Source: Eledone cirrhosa
Lineage: Eukaryota
NCBI GenBank assembly: GCA_964016885.1
Contig: OZ024765.1
Location: forward strand, 5,270,001 to 5,334,000
Direction of reading: 5' to 3'
DNA length: 64,000 nucleotides
Positions 14,488 to 27,429 of this stretch are shown piece after piece. The position numbers and the translations under genes are program-made. The notes beneath the pieces were generated by a model. The model was not told where the DNA came from and did not search any database. It worked only from the letters and a program-made list of their open reading frames with translations. Numbering within the stretch: position 1 is the stretch's first letter; each line of letters opens with the position of its first letter.

Positions 14488-16620
14488 TAATCGTGTGTCG
14501 AAACAAATATTGTTATACTTGGGGAGGGTCATATTTGTGTAATATTGCCAGAATTAATAACAGAACACACTCACTGTTTGGTTGGTTTTCGCTTTTCGCT
14601 TCTGTGTCTTTTATATCAGCAATCTAATTTATTCGGTCAAAAATAATACAGATACAATATAGACCCAAACACATATATATAGTTTATCAAAGTTCTTTCG
14701 TTGCACATCGTCAGTGGTGCTATTGTTTCCTCCCGTTACATTGTATGTCTACGCCATTTTTATTTAGTCTGTCTATATATTTATTTATTTATTTGTTTGT
14801 TTGTTTATTTTATTTTGTCTTGTTTGCGTATGTGTATAGTGTTTTGTTTGATGTGTGTTCGTGATTGGGTGACTGTGTATCGGTTAATGTATTCTATCTT
14901 TACTAGTGTGTGTTTATATGTGTTTGTTGTTATTGTGCTTGTGTATGTATTTATTTATTTATCTATTTATTTATTTATACTTCACTTAGGTCAGTGTTGT
15001 TTGTTTGGGTGTTGTTATTCCATTCATTCTTTCTGTTTAGTCTTGGCCTTCTAAGTTCTATTTCACTCGCCTCTCTGATTTGCCTATCTGCTGGGTCATT
15101 TCTATGTTTAGATACTATTCTAATTTCTATGTTGTCTATGTTACCGTCGTGTTGTTGTCTGGCATGTTCGTATAGTACTGATCCGTTTTTTCGTCCTTTT
15201 AGTTCCCCCCAGTGTTGGTCTATCCTTTCACCTATGCTACGAGCTGTCTCGCCTATGTATGTTGTTGTCATGTTTCTGCAAGTACCCTCTGTACATCTTA
15301 TGCTATAGATTACGTTTCTAGTTTTACAGTTTATCCGGGGGTTTACCTTACATATTATACATTTCCTATTAGTACAGTGGGTTTTCTTAAAAGGGTAGGT
15401 TTTGCTGATCAGGGATTTTATGGTGGTTCCTGGCTTTTCTACCACCTTAATCTTTAAGTGGGTCTTTCTCAGGGCCTTTCTACACTGGTTAGCTAATTTC
15501 CCTCCAGAGGTAGCGTCCACAAACATGACACTCTGGTATCTCTGGTTGTCGTACCATGAGGTGGCTTTCCCTATCTTATGTCTAGCCCTATCTAAGCTAT
15601 TCCATGATTTGCTCCTGTATAATGGGAAAATTCCTTTCATGTCCAGTTCTATGAGGGTCTTATACTTCTCCATGGCTCCTTCGTATACTCTGACTCTGTC
15701 TCTTTGGTTGTAGCCAGAGAACTGCATGCGGTTGATGAAGTGTTGGATGTGTCTTTCCATTTCTGTTGGGTCACACATGCGGGACACGTTCTTCATCACT
15801 CGTACCAAATCTGCGATCAGAATATTAAACTTAGCACTACTGGACATTGCTGAGTTTTTGAGTATCAGGTATTTGGAGGCCATGGGTTTAGCATAGTGTG
15901 AGTGGAGAATTTGGGCTCTCTCGTCTATAGTGTTAATCCAGAGTTCTGTGTCTAATACAGGTAGTCTATTGTTAGGGTGTTTAGAAGGGAAGTCGATAGT
16001 TACAGTTATACTCTGGTGTATGGAATTAGCTATCTGCTGGATGCTTTCCATTGTGCTACTTTCTAAATCAAACTTGTTAGTGCTCTCTAGTGGGGGTGTT
16101 CTTATAACTATATTGATATCATCTACATAACGAGAGTACATGATGAGGTCTATGGAGCTTTCATTAAGGAGATCTTTAAGTCTCCTTTCCCACCATACCA
16201 TGAAAAGGTTGGCAACATCACCAGCTATGCTGACGCCAATGGCTGCTCCCTCATTTTGGGTGTAGATCTTCTCGTTGAACTTGAATATGTGGCCCTTTAG
16301 GGTAGTTTTGATACTAGCCCCTATTGCATGTGCGGCCATTTTTCTTACCTGATCATTGTTTTGGGGGGTCCGTATAGCTTTGGTCCACCCAATCCACCTT
16401 CCCATGGGAGTCTTTTTTGCCATTGAGGTTATGGTGGGGGGGTCTACCTCTTATAGGTCTACTAGGGCAGAAACGTCTAAGGTCATGGCTGTCTAGGTAG
16501 TCAGTGTCGTAGGTAAGTCTAAGTAGGAGGCCCAGTTCGTCTGTGTCGACGTCGCAGAACTCCACCTCACTCTCAATGATCATCTCCACACATTTTTCCA
16601 CAGCAAAATCAATGTTAATT
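14488..16620 (-). mobile_element. Penelope-like retroelement (probably Neptune clade), 5'-truncated, abutting (TA)n
   Basis: RT + GIY-YIG ORF, Cys-rich linker (HCTNRKCIICK...C), 3' pLTR region 14488-14975 with a hammerhead remnant at ~14690-14720. Confidence 0.88.
14975..16620 (-). pseudogene. PLE reverse transcriptase/GIY-YIG endonuclease ORF (truncated, one frameshift near 16440)
   Basis: QNEGAAIGVSIAG, RYVDD, LPVLDT, NVIYSIRC...YIGETARSIGERIDQH. The upstream frame (INIDFAVEKC...RGRPP) joins across a G/C homopolymer. Confidence 0.88.
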
Positions 16621-16870
16621 TTCAACTGTTGAAAATTGCAAACTTGACTGTCACCACACATTATGAACCTGAAGATTGATTGCGAAAGCATGAAAGTCCT
16701 TGTTCAATTAACACTTAACATTTAATATTCTATCATACTATTTCATTATAATACCATTATAAATGTTAAAGGATTGTAAATAAAACGAGTAAATCAGACA
16801 AAGTTGGAATTCCTCTTATTAATATAATCTTCTATACACAATCATACACACCCGTGTATATTTATCTATC
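16620..16870 (+). mobile_element. PLE-like mini-element family G with hammerhead-like core
   Basis: tgaac-CTGAAGA-ttgattgc-GAAA-...TT-gttca at 16664-16706; near-identical inverted copy at ~23740-24175. Confidence 0.55.
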
Positions 16871-16897
16871 TATATATATATATCTATATATATATAC

Positions 16898-16979
<82 letters not shown>

Positions 16980-17001
16980 GTAATAATAGTTATTTTAATA
17001 A

Positions 17002-17032
<31 letters not shown>

Positions 17033-17053
17033 ATAGTAATAATAGTTATTTTA

Positions 17054-17086
<33 letters not shown>

Positions 17087-17087
<1 letters not shown>

Positions 17088-17495
17088 AGGAGGTGAATTT
17101 TATTGTAGCACAATAAACCAATGCAGATATCGGATAAGTAGCACTCAACAGTTTATAGGACTGGAGTATAAATAATATAAGATCAAAAGATGGTTAAAAG
17201 AATTCCAAGTATTTTATTATGCGCATTTCAAAAACAAATATCATCATGGGATGATATCTGCGTTCTCATCAGATAAAATGGGGAGACATGATATGAAGCT
17301 AAAAACAATGGTGAATAGTGAATATGTTGACTTAAAACTTCACTATTCACAAGTGTTTTTAAGCTTCATATCATGTCTCCCTATTTTATTTTATCTGATG
17401 AAAACGCAGATATCATCCCATGATGATATTTGTTTTTGAAATGCGCATAATAAAATACTTGGAACTCTTTTAACCATCTTTTGATCTTATATTAT
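17087..17495. mobile_element. Fold-back mini-element family D
   Basis: Arms ~17173-17335/17340-17495 plus a one-sided extension; copies at 30710-30975 and 31033-31420. Confidence 0.75.
17387..17457 (+). ncRNA. Type I hammerhead ribozyme, apparently intact
   Basis: tattttat-CTGATGA-[aaacgcagatatcatc ccat gatgatatttgttttt]-GAAA-tgcgca-TA-ataaaata. 8-bp stem I, long stem II, palindromic stem III; mirror copy on minus at 17210-17279. Confidence 0.75.
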
Positions 17496-17804
17496 ATATA
17501 TATTAAAATAACAGATTAAAGTTTAAGCAAAGAATCGCTGCTTTCACCCTTAACGGGATCTTCTGAAACAGGGTATATAAACAGGGTAGATATATATATA
17601 TATATATATATATACCCTGTTTATATACTACCAATGAAGATTCTAACTTCATTGTTTCCGATGGAGACAGTCTGACCGAACCTGTATACGTTGTCTGATA
17701 GTATAGTTATATACCAGAGATCAGACAATGTGTCAATATGATCGTAAAATAATGATATGGATAGGTAAAATAACTTGACTTTATTTTCATTGTTAAATTA
17801 ATAC

Positions 17805-17860
<56 letters not shown>

Positions 17861-18183
17861 TACACACACACATACACACACACATACACACACACACACA
17901 CACAGAGACAGAGCCAGACAGACCAGTGTCACCATTTAAACCTTGAACGATATAACAATATATGTAATTTTCAATTTGGGTCGTTTTGCCCCAGTTGTGA
18001 CATTATTTGGCGGGTTGAACAACTCACCAAATCAGATAACTTTACACATCCGTCAAACACACACAGAAATATATACATATGTATATACGTATATATGTGT
18101 ACATACTCACACAGACACACATAAAAACATACATACACACACCCACTCAAATACTTACATATATATACATACATACATATACT

Positions 18184-18233
<50 letters not shown>

Positions 18234-18256
18234 TTTAGAGAGGTTTTTTATATGAA

Positions 18257-18668
18257 ATCGTGTGTCGAAACAAATATTGTTATACTTGGGGAGGGTCATA
18301 TTTGTGTAATATTGCCAGAATTAATAACAGAACACACTCACTGTTTGGTTGGTTTATATATAAATATATAGACAGACTGAATAAAAAATGGCGTAGACAT
18401 ACAACACAACAGGAGGAAAAAAATATAACACCACTGATGATGTTGCAGATGTGCAACGAAAGATTTGTGTAAATTATGTAAACTATATATATGTGTTTGT
18501 GTCTATATTGTATCTGTATTATTTTTGACCATCGGTCAATCAATGGCAACATTGAGGACCGATTAAGTTAGATCGCAGATATAAAAGACAGCGAAAACCA
18601 ACCAAACAGTGAGTGTGTTCTGTTATTAATTCTGGCAATATTACACAAATATGACCCTCCCCAAGTAT

Positions 18669-18675
<7 letters not shown>
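18257..18675. mobile_element. Rearranged pLTR-only derivative of the 14.5-16.6 kb Penelope-like family
   Basis: 18257-18355 matches 14488-14587 directly; 18357-18530 and 18571-18675 match the same pLTR inverted; CTGATGA...GAAA at 18434-18461. Confidence 0.8.
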
Positions 18676-18705
<30 letters not shown>

Positions 18706-18789
18706 CACACACTTCATAAATACATACATACATACATGCATATATATATATACATAAATAAATTCATACATACATATATGTATGTATGG

Positions 18790-19450
18790 ACCTGACACCT
18801 CTGCAGAATGGAGGATGATCGAATCCCAAAACAATTCTTGTATGGCGAGCTTTGTTAGGGTAAGAGACCACCTCACAAGCGAAGGCTCCAATTCAAGGAT
18901 TGTGTAAAGGACTCATTGAAAAAAACTGGTTTGATGATGGCTGACTGGGAGATAGAAGCTCTTGAAAGAGAAACTTGGCGTGGAATCGTTAATGATGGGG
19001 TCCATAGTTTTGAGGACAGACGTATAGAGCACGAGAAGATCAAACGGGATGTACGTAAACAATGCCTTGGTGTATCCCTCGAAACGATCGGTGTCTCCAT
19101 TGAGTTGAAGTGCATCTGAGTGTGGAAAGATTTGCTTGAGCAAATCTGGTCTCAGGAGCCACAGTCGCAGCCATGTTCAGAGAGAACCTGTAAACTATGA
19201 TCTCCACGGTGTTGTGAAGGTTCACAGACAACCTGATGCAAGACCTGAGGTCAGGGAGGTCCATAGTTGTCGTCAATGTGTGAAGGAGTGCAAGTCTCTA
19301 GCAAGGTTGAAAAGCCATATCTGAATGTCACACATCTGAATCAGACAAGTGATTGCAACACTCTTGGCAGAGTTTGCAGCCATCAACAAGTACTTGCACT
19401 TAATAATAGAGTGACCGTGGTCTTGCACGAATGACCATGGTCTTAGTCAA
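18790..19450 (+). mobile_element. RTE-clade LINE 3' fragment with C2H2 zinc-finger tail
   Basis: FKDCVKDSLK...WEIEALERETWRGIV, ECGKICLSKSGLRSH, CRQCVKECKSLARLKSH; degraded by stops and frameshifts. Confidence 0.75.
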
Positions 19451-19459
19451 GTATACATA

Positions 19460-19690
19460 CCAGTCTCCCCTCTCTATGTCACTGATGTTGTCCAAGGGAA
19501 AGGCAATGGTTGATACGGCTTGGCACCAGTGACATCACAACTCATTTCTACAGCTGAGTAAACTGGAGCAACGTGAAATAAAGTGTCTTGCTCAGCTCAA
19601 GGAAACAACACATCACCCAGACTTACAATCGAATTCGCAACCTCACGATCGTAAGTCCAGCGCTCTAGCAAGTAAACCATACGCCTTCGC
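19460..19690 (-). mobile_element. tRNA-derived SINE (second family)
   Basis: tRNA-like head, core ttgagcaagacactttatttcacgttgctccag; related to 35870-36130. Confidence 0.65.
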
Positions 19691-19749
19691 GTACATATAC
19701 ATACGCACACACACATATATAAATATACATATATATATATACATACGCG

Positions 19750-19805
<56 letters not shown>

Positions 19806-19965
19806 TATATATACACATATATATATATGTATATATATATATACACATATATATATATATATACACATATATATATGTATATATATATATACACACATAT
19901 ATATATATGTATATATATATACACACATATATATATATATGTATATATACACACATATACATATA

Positions 19966-20011
<46 letters not shown>

Positions 20012-20106
20012 TATATAGACATATATATGCGTATATATATATACACATATATATATGTGTATATATACATATATATATATATACATACATATATATATAT
20101 ACATAC

Positions 20107-20143
<37 letters not shown>

Positions 20144-20278
20144 CATACATATATATATATATATACAAACATATATATATATATTTACATATACATACAT
20201 ATATATATATACATACATATATATATATATATACAAACATATATATATATATTTACATACATATATATATATATACAT

Positions 20279-20354
<76 letters not shown>

Positions 20355-20504
20355 ATATATTTCATATAAACATATCTATTATATATATATAATAAAATAT
20401 ATATATATAAGTATGTACACGTACATACATATATGTATACCGACGTACAGTAGTATGTATATATATATATATACATACATGCACACATATATATATGCAC
20501 GTAT

Positions 20505-20540
<36 letters not shown>

Positions 20541-20542
<2 letters not shown>

Positions 20543-20960
20543 TATTCAGAATAATAATAAATAAAGACATTCACATAATCAAAATATATGTTTTATTATA
20601 CATATTTCGAAGGTACTGTGCTGTTTTTTCAGTACGTCCTCGTCAGATAAAATACCTGAATTGATGTATGACATACCTCAACTGTCTTGATGGTTCAATT
20701 CCAGTATTGACTACCAAGACTGGAATTGAACCTTCAAGACAGTTGAGGTATGTCATACATCAATTCAGGTATTTTATCTGATGAGGACGTACTGAAAAAA
20801 CAGCACAGTACCTTCGAAATATGTATAATAAAACATATATTTTCATTATGTGAATGTCTTTATTTATTAATATTCTGAATAATATTAATAACTCCAGAAA
20901 ACCTCACAGTTGAGTGCTTTTAATCTATTGTAAAACTATATTCATTGTGTAATCAATGAA
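20541..20960 (+). mobile_element. Fold-back mini-element family C with hammerhead core
   Basis: ~165-bp arms 20541-20705/20720-20883; CTGATGA(20778)-ggacgtactg...cagtaccttc-GAAA-tatgt...acata-TA. Confidence 0.7.
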
Positions 20961-21037
20961 CCATACTAATCATTGGTTATATATATATATATATGTATAT
21001 ATACATACATACATATATGTGTTTATATATACATACA

Positions 21038-21074
<37 letters not shown>

Positions 21075-21175
21075 CGTCCGAAATGTTAAGACCCTTTCCT
21101 GCTATTTCAAGCGTTAACCTAATATATTCCTTCCATATACTGTACTGATTGTGTTGTTATTTCTGTTTACCTTTT

Positions 21176-21284
<109 letters not shown>

Positions 21285-21711
21285 TATATATAAATGAGAG
21301 GTATAGAGATTGTTTTAGCGAGAAGCTAACGGCATTCTATAACATAATATGCGACTATATCGTCGAGATGGGAAAAGTAGTTAACGAAAGATTTAGGAAA
21401 AATAACTCAAACTCATCTCAAAAGAGAATCAGGATATAAATTCATCCACAGAATTTAGTAAAATCCAGGGAAAAATCAATAGACCTTTAACTCATGATAA
21501 AATAAAGTTTGAAACACTTATCCTTCAATTTGGAATAACATCAAATGCTCTGTATAGTCTTAAATATATATATATGCAGAGGTTATATTTAATTTGTTGG
21601 GTTTCTTCAACAAGCTTAAAAATGTTATAACTGATATAAAGCACCCAATAGATTAGTGGAGTAAATATATTAATAAATGTAAATATATTAATATATATAT
21701 ATATATAACAA

Positions 21712-21906
21712 AAGAAATGCTGCAAGGAACCAGATGGACCATAACGCACCAGAGTACTCAATACTTAGGGTAGTAGAGTGGGAAATAGGAAAACGTATGA
21801 CCCCTACGGCAGAGCTCAAGCCGTTTCGGCGGCTATTTCTGGACTATTTCAGTCCAGAAATAGCCGTCGAAACGGCTTGAGCTCTGCCGTCGGGGTCATA
21901 CTTTTT

Positions 21907-21912
<6 letters not shown>
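21712..21912 (-). mobile_element. Fold-back mini-element family A
   Basis: Arms 21785-21845/21851-21912; flanked by (TA)n. Confidence 0.7.
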
Positions 21913-21947
<35 letters not shown>

Positions 21948-22318
21948 AAGTATGTGGTAATACTTAAATATATATATATATATATATATATTTAAGTATT
22001 ACCACCCCACATTAATTCCTCAATTTGTATGTGTGGAGGTGGGTGCGAGTGTACGTGCAAGCCAACCTACATAAGTCTTTTTATTTGTAAATTTTCTACT
22101 CTAACCATAAATTTCAGTAGCACCACTCCACATGAATTCCTGAATTTAAGAATGACCTGTCGTATCTATTTCATACTATTAACCTTAATTGAATATATAT
22201 CTGACCAGGAATGCATTTTGTGAAAATCAGTCATATTGAACTATTGTCATCTTGCCTGACGGTTTGAACTTTACAACACCACCTGCCTCTTTGAGGTCAA
22301 ATACCAACCCTACTACCA

Positions 22319-22349
<31 letters not shown>

Positions 22350-22986
22350 GTCAGGTCACCAGTTGGTGCTACTGGTAACATGTATCCCAGTACAACCTGT
22401 CTCATGGTCGGGTCGTTGGCGACTAAACTGGCAACCCCACCAAGGTTTCTTGGTGAGGAGGGTGACTTTGGACATCCTGCAGGACTAAAAACAAAACCTG
22501 TCAAAGGGCAAAGGAGCTCTTAAGAGTCAATGGCCATTCAAAATCACCGGGAGAGATTACCCCTTAGCCCTTGTCGAGGCAGAATTCTAGGAGAAGGAAA
22601 ACTCTGATATAACACCTGCAACCCTGATGGTATCCAATGATGTTGACTTGTTCTTCTTTTTGGTAAATATCATCTTGGTTAAGAGAGTGGGACTGGCTTT
22701 GTGCAGTGCCTTTGCTCACTATAAAGGCTTCACGGCACAGGCATTGCTTTATATCTGGAGATCTCTCTGCACTTGTCCTCACATGGGCCCAGCACTATGT
22801 GTCAATAATTGTCCTACCATGGGCCCAGCACTATGTGTCAATAATTGTCACAGGTGTAGTGTTTGTACCAGAGGTTTCAAGTCGCTGGCTGGACTAAAAA
22901 GTCACACTCGTTCAGCGCTTCGGTAGGGGTTATCCTACATGGATGTAAAGTAGTGGCCGTACTCGAAAACGAGTTGGCAGCCACCA
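22350..22986 (+). mobile_element. RTE-derived bipartite non-autonomous retroelement (family F), longest copy
   Basis: RTE-like 5' region (ctaggagaaggaaaactctga) joined to a zinc-finger remnant CSVCTRGFKSLAGLKSH; copies at 8097, 39507, 40980. Confidence 0.7.
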
Positions 22987-23011
22987 TATATATATATATA
23001 TATATATACTC

Positions 23012-23352
23012 TTTTACCTGTTCCAGCCATCCAGCTGAGGCCATGCTGGGCCACTGCCCTTGTTGCTACACATTTTATCTCCAGCCCGTATTGGTTGGCC
23101 ACTGGTGCAAGAGGGAGTTCGTTGCTGCTGCCCTTGGGTTTCCCTCGTGTCTTGCTGTGGGCTCATCCGGGATCCTGGATAACAAGGTGTCGAGATGTTT
23201 CTTGAAGACATCCACCTCCACACCATGCACATCTCTCAGATCCCTCGGCAGCCTGTTGAAGAGTTGAGGGCCTTTGAATCCCAGGCTATTGCAATATCTG
23301 CTCCTTATTCTGGATGTGGAGGACGGGACCTTTGGAACCACACAGTGACGTC
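23012..23352 (-). mobile_element. CR1/L2-type LINE 3' end
   Basis: NSLGFKGPQLFNRLPRDLR...FKKHLDTLLSRIPDEP, typical ORF2 C-terminus. Confidence 0.75.
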
Positions 23353-23614
23353 CTGCATATATATATATATATATACAATATACTAATAAATGGAAACTAT
23401 ATTTATAAAACCATATTTATTTCATTATACATATTTCAAGAGCCACCAAAGCAAACTATGGTGCGCTTTCATCAGATAAAATATAATATAGGTTAGTTTT
23501 ATAAATAAATATTTATACCCTTAAGAAATGCAACCATTCTGGTTGGATTCTTCAATACGTAGCAGGCTTCCTGATGATTTCTCACGAATGAAACAGTTCT
23601 AGTCCTGTAGAAGC

Positions 23615-23737
<123 letters not shown>

Positions 23738-23871
23738 GATAGGTAAATATACACGGGTGTGTATGATTGTGTATAGAAGATTATATTAATAAGAGGAATT
23801 CCAACTTTGTCTGATTTACTCGTTTTATTTACAATCCTTTAACATTTATAATGGTATTATAATGAAATAGT

Positions 23872-24051
23872 GGATTGGCAGTATCGGTAGAGGGTCGGAC
23901 GCCATGCTTTCCAGCATAGTTACGTCCCTTTACGATCTGAGTTCAAATCCCGCCGAGGTTGACTTTGCCTTTCATCCTTACGGGGTCGATAAAATAAAGT
24001 ACCAGTAATACACTCTGGGTAATTGCTGGCCTTGTGCCTAAAGTAGAAACA
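23872..24051 (+). mobile_element. tRNA-SINE with 16-bp target-site duplication
   Basis: TSD attataatgaaatagt at 23856-23871 and 24052-24067; empty site in the paralog at 16738-16753. Confidence 0.9.
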
Positions 24052-24352
24052 ATTATAATGAAATAGTATGATAGAATATTAAATTCTAAGTGTTAATTGA
24101 ACAAGTACTTTCATGCTTTCGCAATCTTCAGGTTCATAATACGTGGTGACAGTCAAGTTTGCAATTTTCAACTGTGTATATATACACACATTAAAACATA
24201 TATATATATATACATATACACACATATATATATGTATATATATTCATTTTATTAAGACTAAATAGTGAGCCTTGTTACTCTGGAGATTCGCCTCTTTATC
24301 ACAGGGTCATCAGTCATGTATGAGTATATATATTATGTGTATACACACACAA

Positions 24353-24399
<47 letters not shown>

Positions 24400-24424
24400 C
24401 AAATATATATATATATATATACAT

Positions 24425-24455
<31 letters not shown>

Positions 24456-24626
24456 CATACACACACACACACACACAAATATATATATATATATATACAT
24501 ACACACACATATATATACATACACACACACACACACACACAAATATATATATATATATATATATATACATACACACACACACACACAAATATATATATAT
24601 ATATATATACATACACACACACACAC

Positions 24627-24699
<73 letters not shown>

Positions 24700-24718
24700 C
24701 ATACACACACATATATAT

Positions 24719-24761
<43 letters not shown>

Positions 24762-25145
24762 TATATATATATATACATACACACACACACACACACACAC
24801 AAATATATATATATATATACACACACACGTGTGTTTACATTAACCTGATCGTTGCCACTGTAACAGTATACCTACTGCATATATATATGTATATATATAT
24901 ATGTGTTTTAATGTGTGTGTGTATGTATATATATATATGTATGTATATGTATATATATATGTGTTTTAATGTGTATGTATATGTATATATATATATGTTT
25001 TAATGTGTGTGTATATATATATGTGTATATATATGTATATATATATGTGTTTTAATGTGTGTGTGTGTATGTATATATATATATATATGTATGTATATGT
25101 ATATATATATATGTGTATGTATATGTATATATATATATGTTTTAA

Positions 25146-25177
<32 letters not shown>

Positions 25178-25333
25178 CATACACACACACACACATATAT
25201 ATATATACAGACACACATATATATATATATATATACACACATTAAAACATATATATATACATATACATACATACATATATATATATATATACATATACAC
25301 ACACACATATATATATATACACACACACATTAA

Positions 25334-25369
<36 letters not shown>

Positions 25370-25446
25370 CATGTGTGTATATGTATATATATATCTTTTA
25401 ATGTGTGTATATATATATACACACACATTAAAAAATATATACATAT

Positions 25447-25534
<88 letters not shown>

Positions 25535-25679
25535 CAACCTTATCTTCGTCAATATGTCAAGTTAACCTCCATATAAATTTCTTTGTAAGTTTATGTCGAG
25601 CCTGCGTTCTTTTCCCAAGCTGTCTGAGAAACCTGATGGTCTGACTCGATATTCAGACTAGAATTTATATATGGATATA

Positions 25680-25711
<32 letters not shown>

Positions 25712-25723
25712 GTGTGTGTGTGT

Positions 25724-25804
<81 letters not shown>

Positions 25805-26002
25805 TGTATGTATGTATGTATGTATGTATGTATGTATGTATACATATATATATGTATACACATATATATATATGTATGTATATATATATATGTATATATA
25901 CAGATATATGTGTATGTGTACATATATATATATGTATGTATACATATATATATGTATATACATATATATGTATATCTATATATATGTATACATGTATACA
26001 TA

Positions 26003-26069
<67 letters not shown>

Positions 26070-26076
26070 ATACATA

Positions 26077-26119
<43 letters not shown>

Positions 26120-26152
26120 GTGTATACATATATATGTATACATATATATGTA

Positions 26153-26202
<50 letters not shown>

Positions 26203-26222
26203 CATAAATGTTTATAAGTATA

Positions 26223-26262
<40 letters not shown>

Positions 26263-26315
26263 AATGTTTATAAGTATAGATGTATACATATATATATATA
26301 CATATATATATATTA

Positions 26316-26352
<37 letters not shown>

Positions 26353-27101
26353 GTCAATGGGCGTATGTCGATGTGTGAGTGTTTAAATACATACATACAC
26401 ACACGCATTGGATGTATATATATAACTCCCTCCCTCCCCCACTCTCTCTCACTCTCTCTATATATATATATGCATGTATGTGTGTGTATGTGTATAAATA
26501 TGCATGTATGTGTATGTGTGTGTATGTATAAATATGCATGTATGTGTATGTGTATAAATATGCATGTATGTGTATGTGTGTGTGTATGTGTATAAATATG
26601 CATGTATGTGTATGTGTGTGTGTGTATGTGTATAAATATGCATGTATGTGTATGTGTGTGTGTATGTGTATATATATGCATGTATGTGTATGTGTATGTG
26701 TATAAATATGCATGTATGTGTATGTGTAGGTTTTCAATTTATTTAATTTATATTTAAAGAATTTTAAATAATAAAACGTAATTTGTGTGAAACGCTACAC
26801 CCTGGAATATGTTGTTGTATATATTCTACATACATTTGTATGTAGAATATATATGTATTGGCGGGGGGGGGGGTATGTGTAGGAGGGGTATATATGTGTC
26901 TTTGTGTGTTTGTCAATACATATATATGTATGTAGGTATGTATGTATATATATGTATAAGTATGTATATACATGTATTTATGTGTGTATATATGTATGTA
27001 TGTATGTATGTATATATGTATGTATATATATGTATAAGTATGTATATATATATATAAATATATATATATGTATGTATATACATGTATATATATGTATTCA
27101 T

Positions 27102-27149
<48 letters not shown>

Positions 27150-27197
27150 GTATGTATATACATGTATAAGAATGTATATACATGTATTCATTCATAT

Positions 27198-27229
<32 letters not shown>

Positions 27230-27261
27230 GTATATATATGCATAAGTATGTATATACATGT

Positions 27262-27308
<47 letters not shown>

Positions 27309-27429
27309 AATATATATATAGGAAAAGTTCAGGACTCCGTCGGCAGAGATCAAGCCGATTCGACAGCTAGATCCGAACAATTCTAGCTGTCGGAACGGCC
27401 GAAGCTCAGCCGTCGGGGTCCTGAATCCG

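Noticed and set aside
21295-22320. Coding-like remnants between TA tracts (possible old PLE ORF pieces)
   Set aside because: Too degraded to assign by eye.
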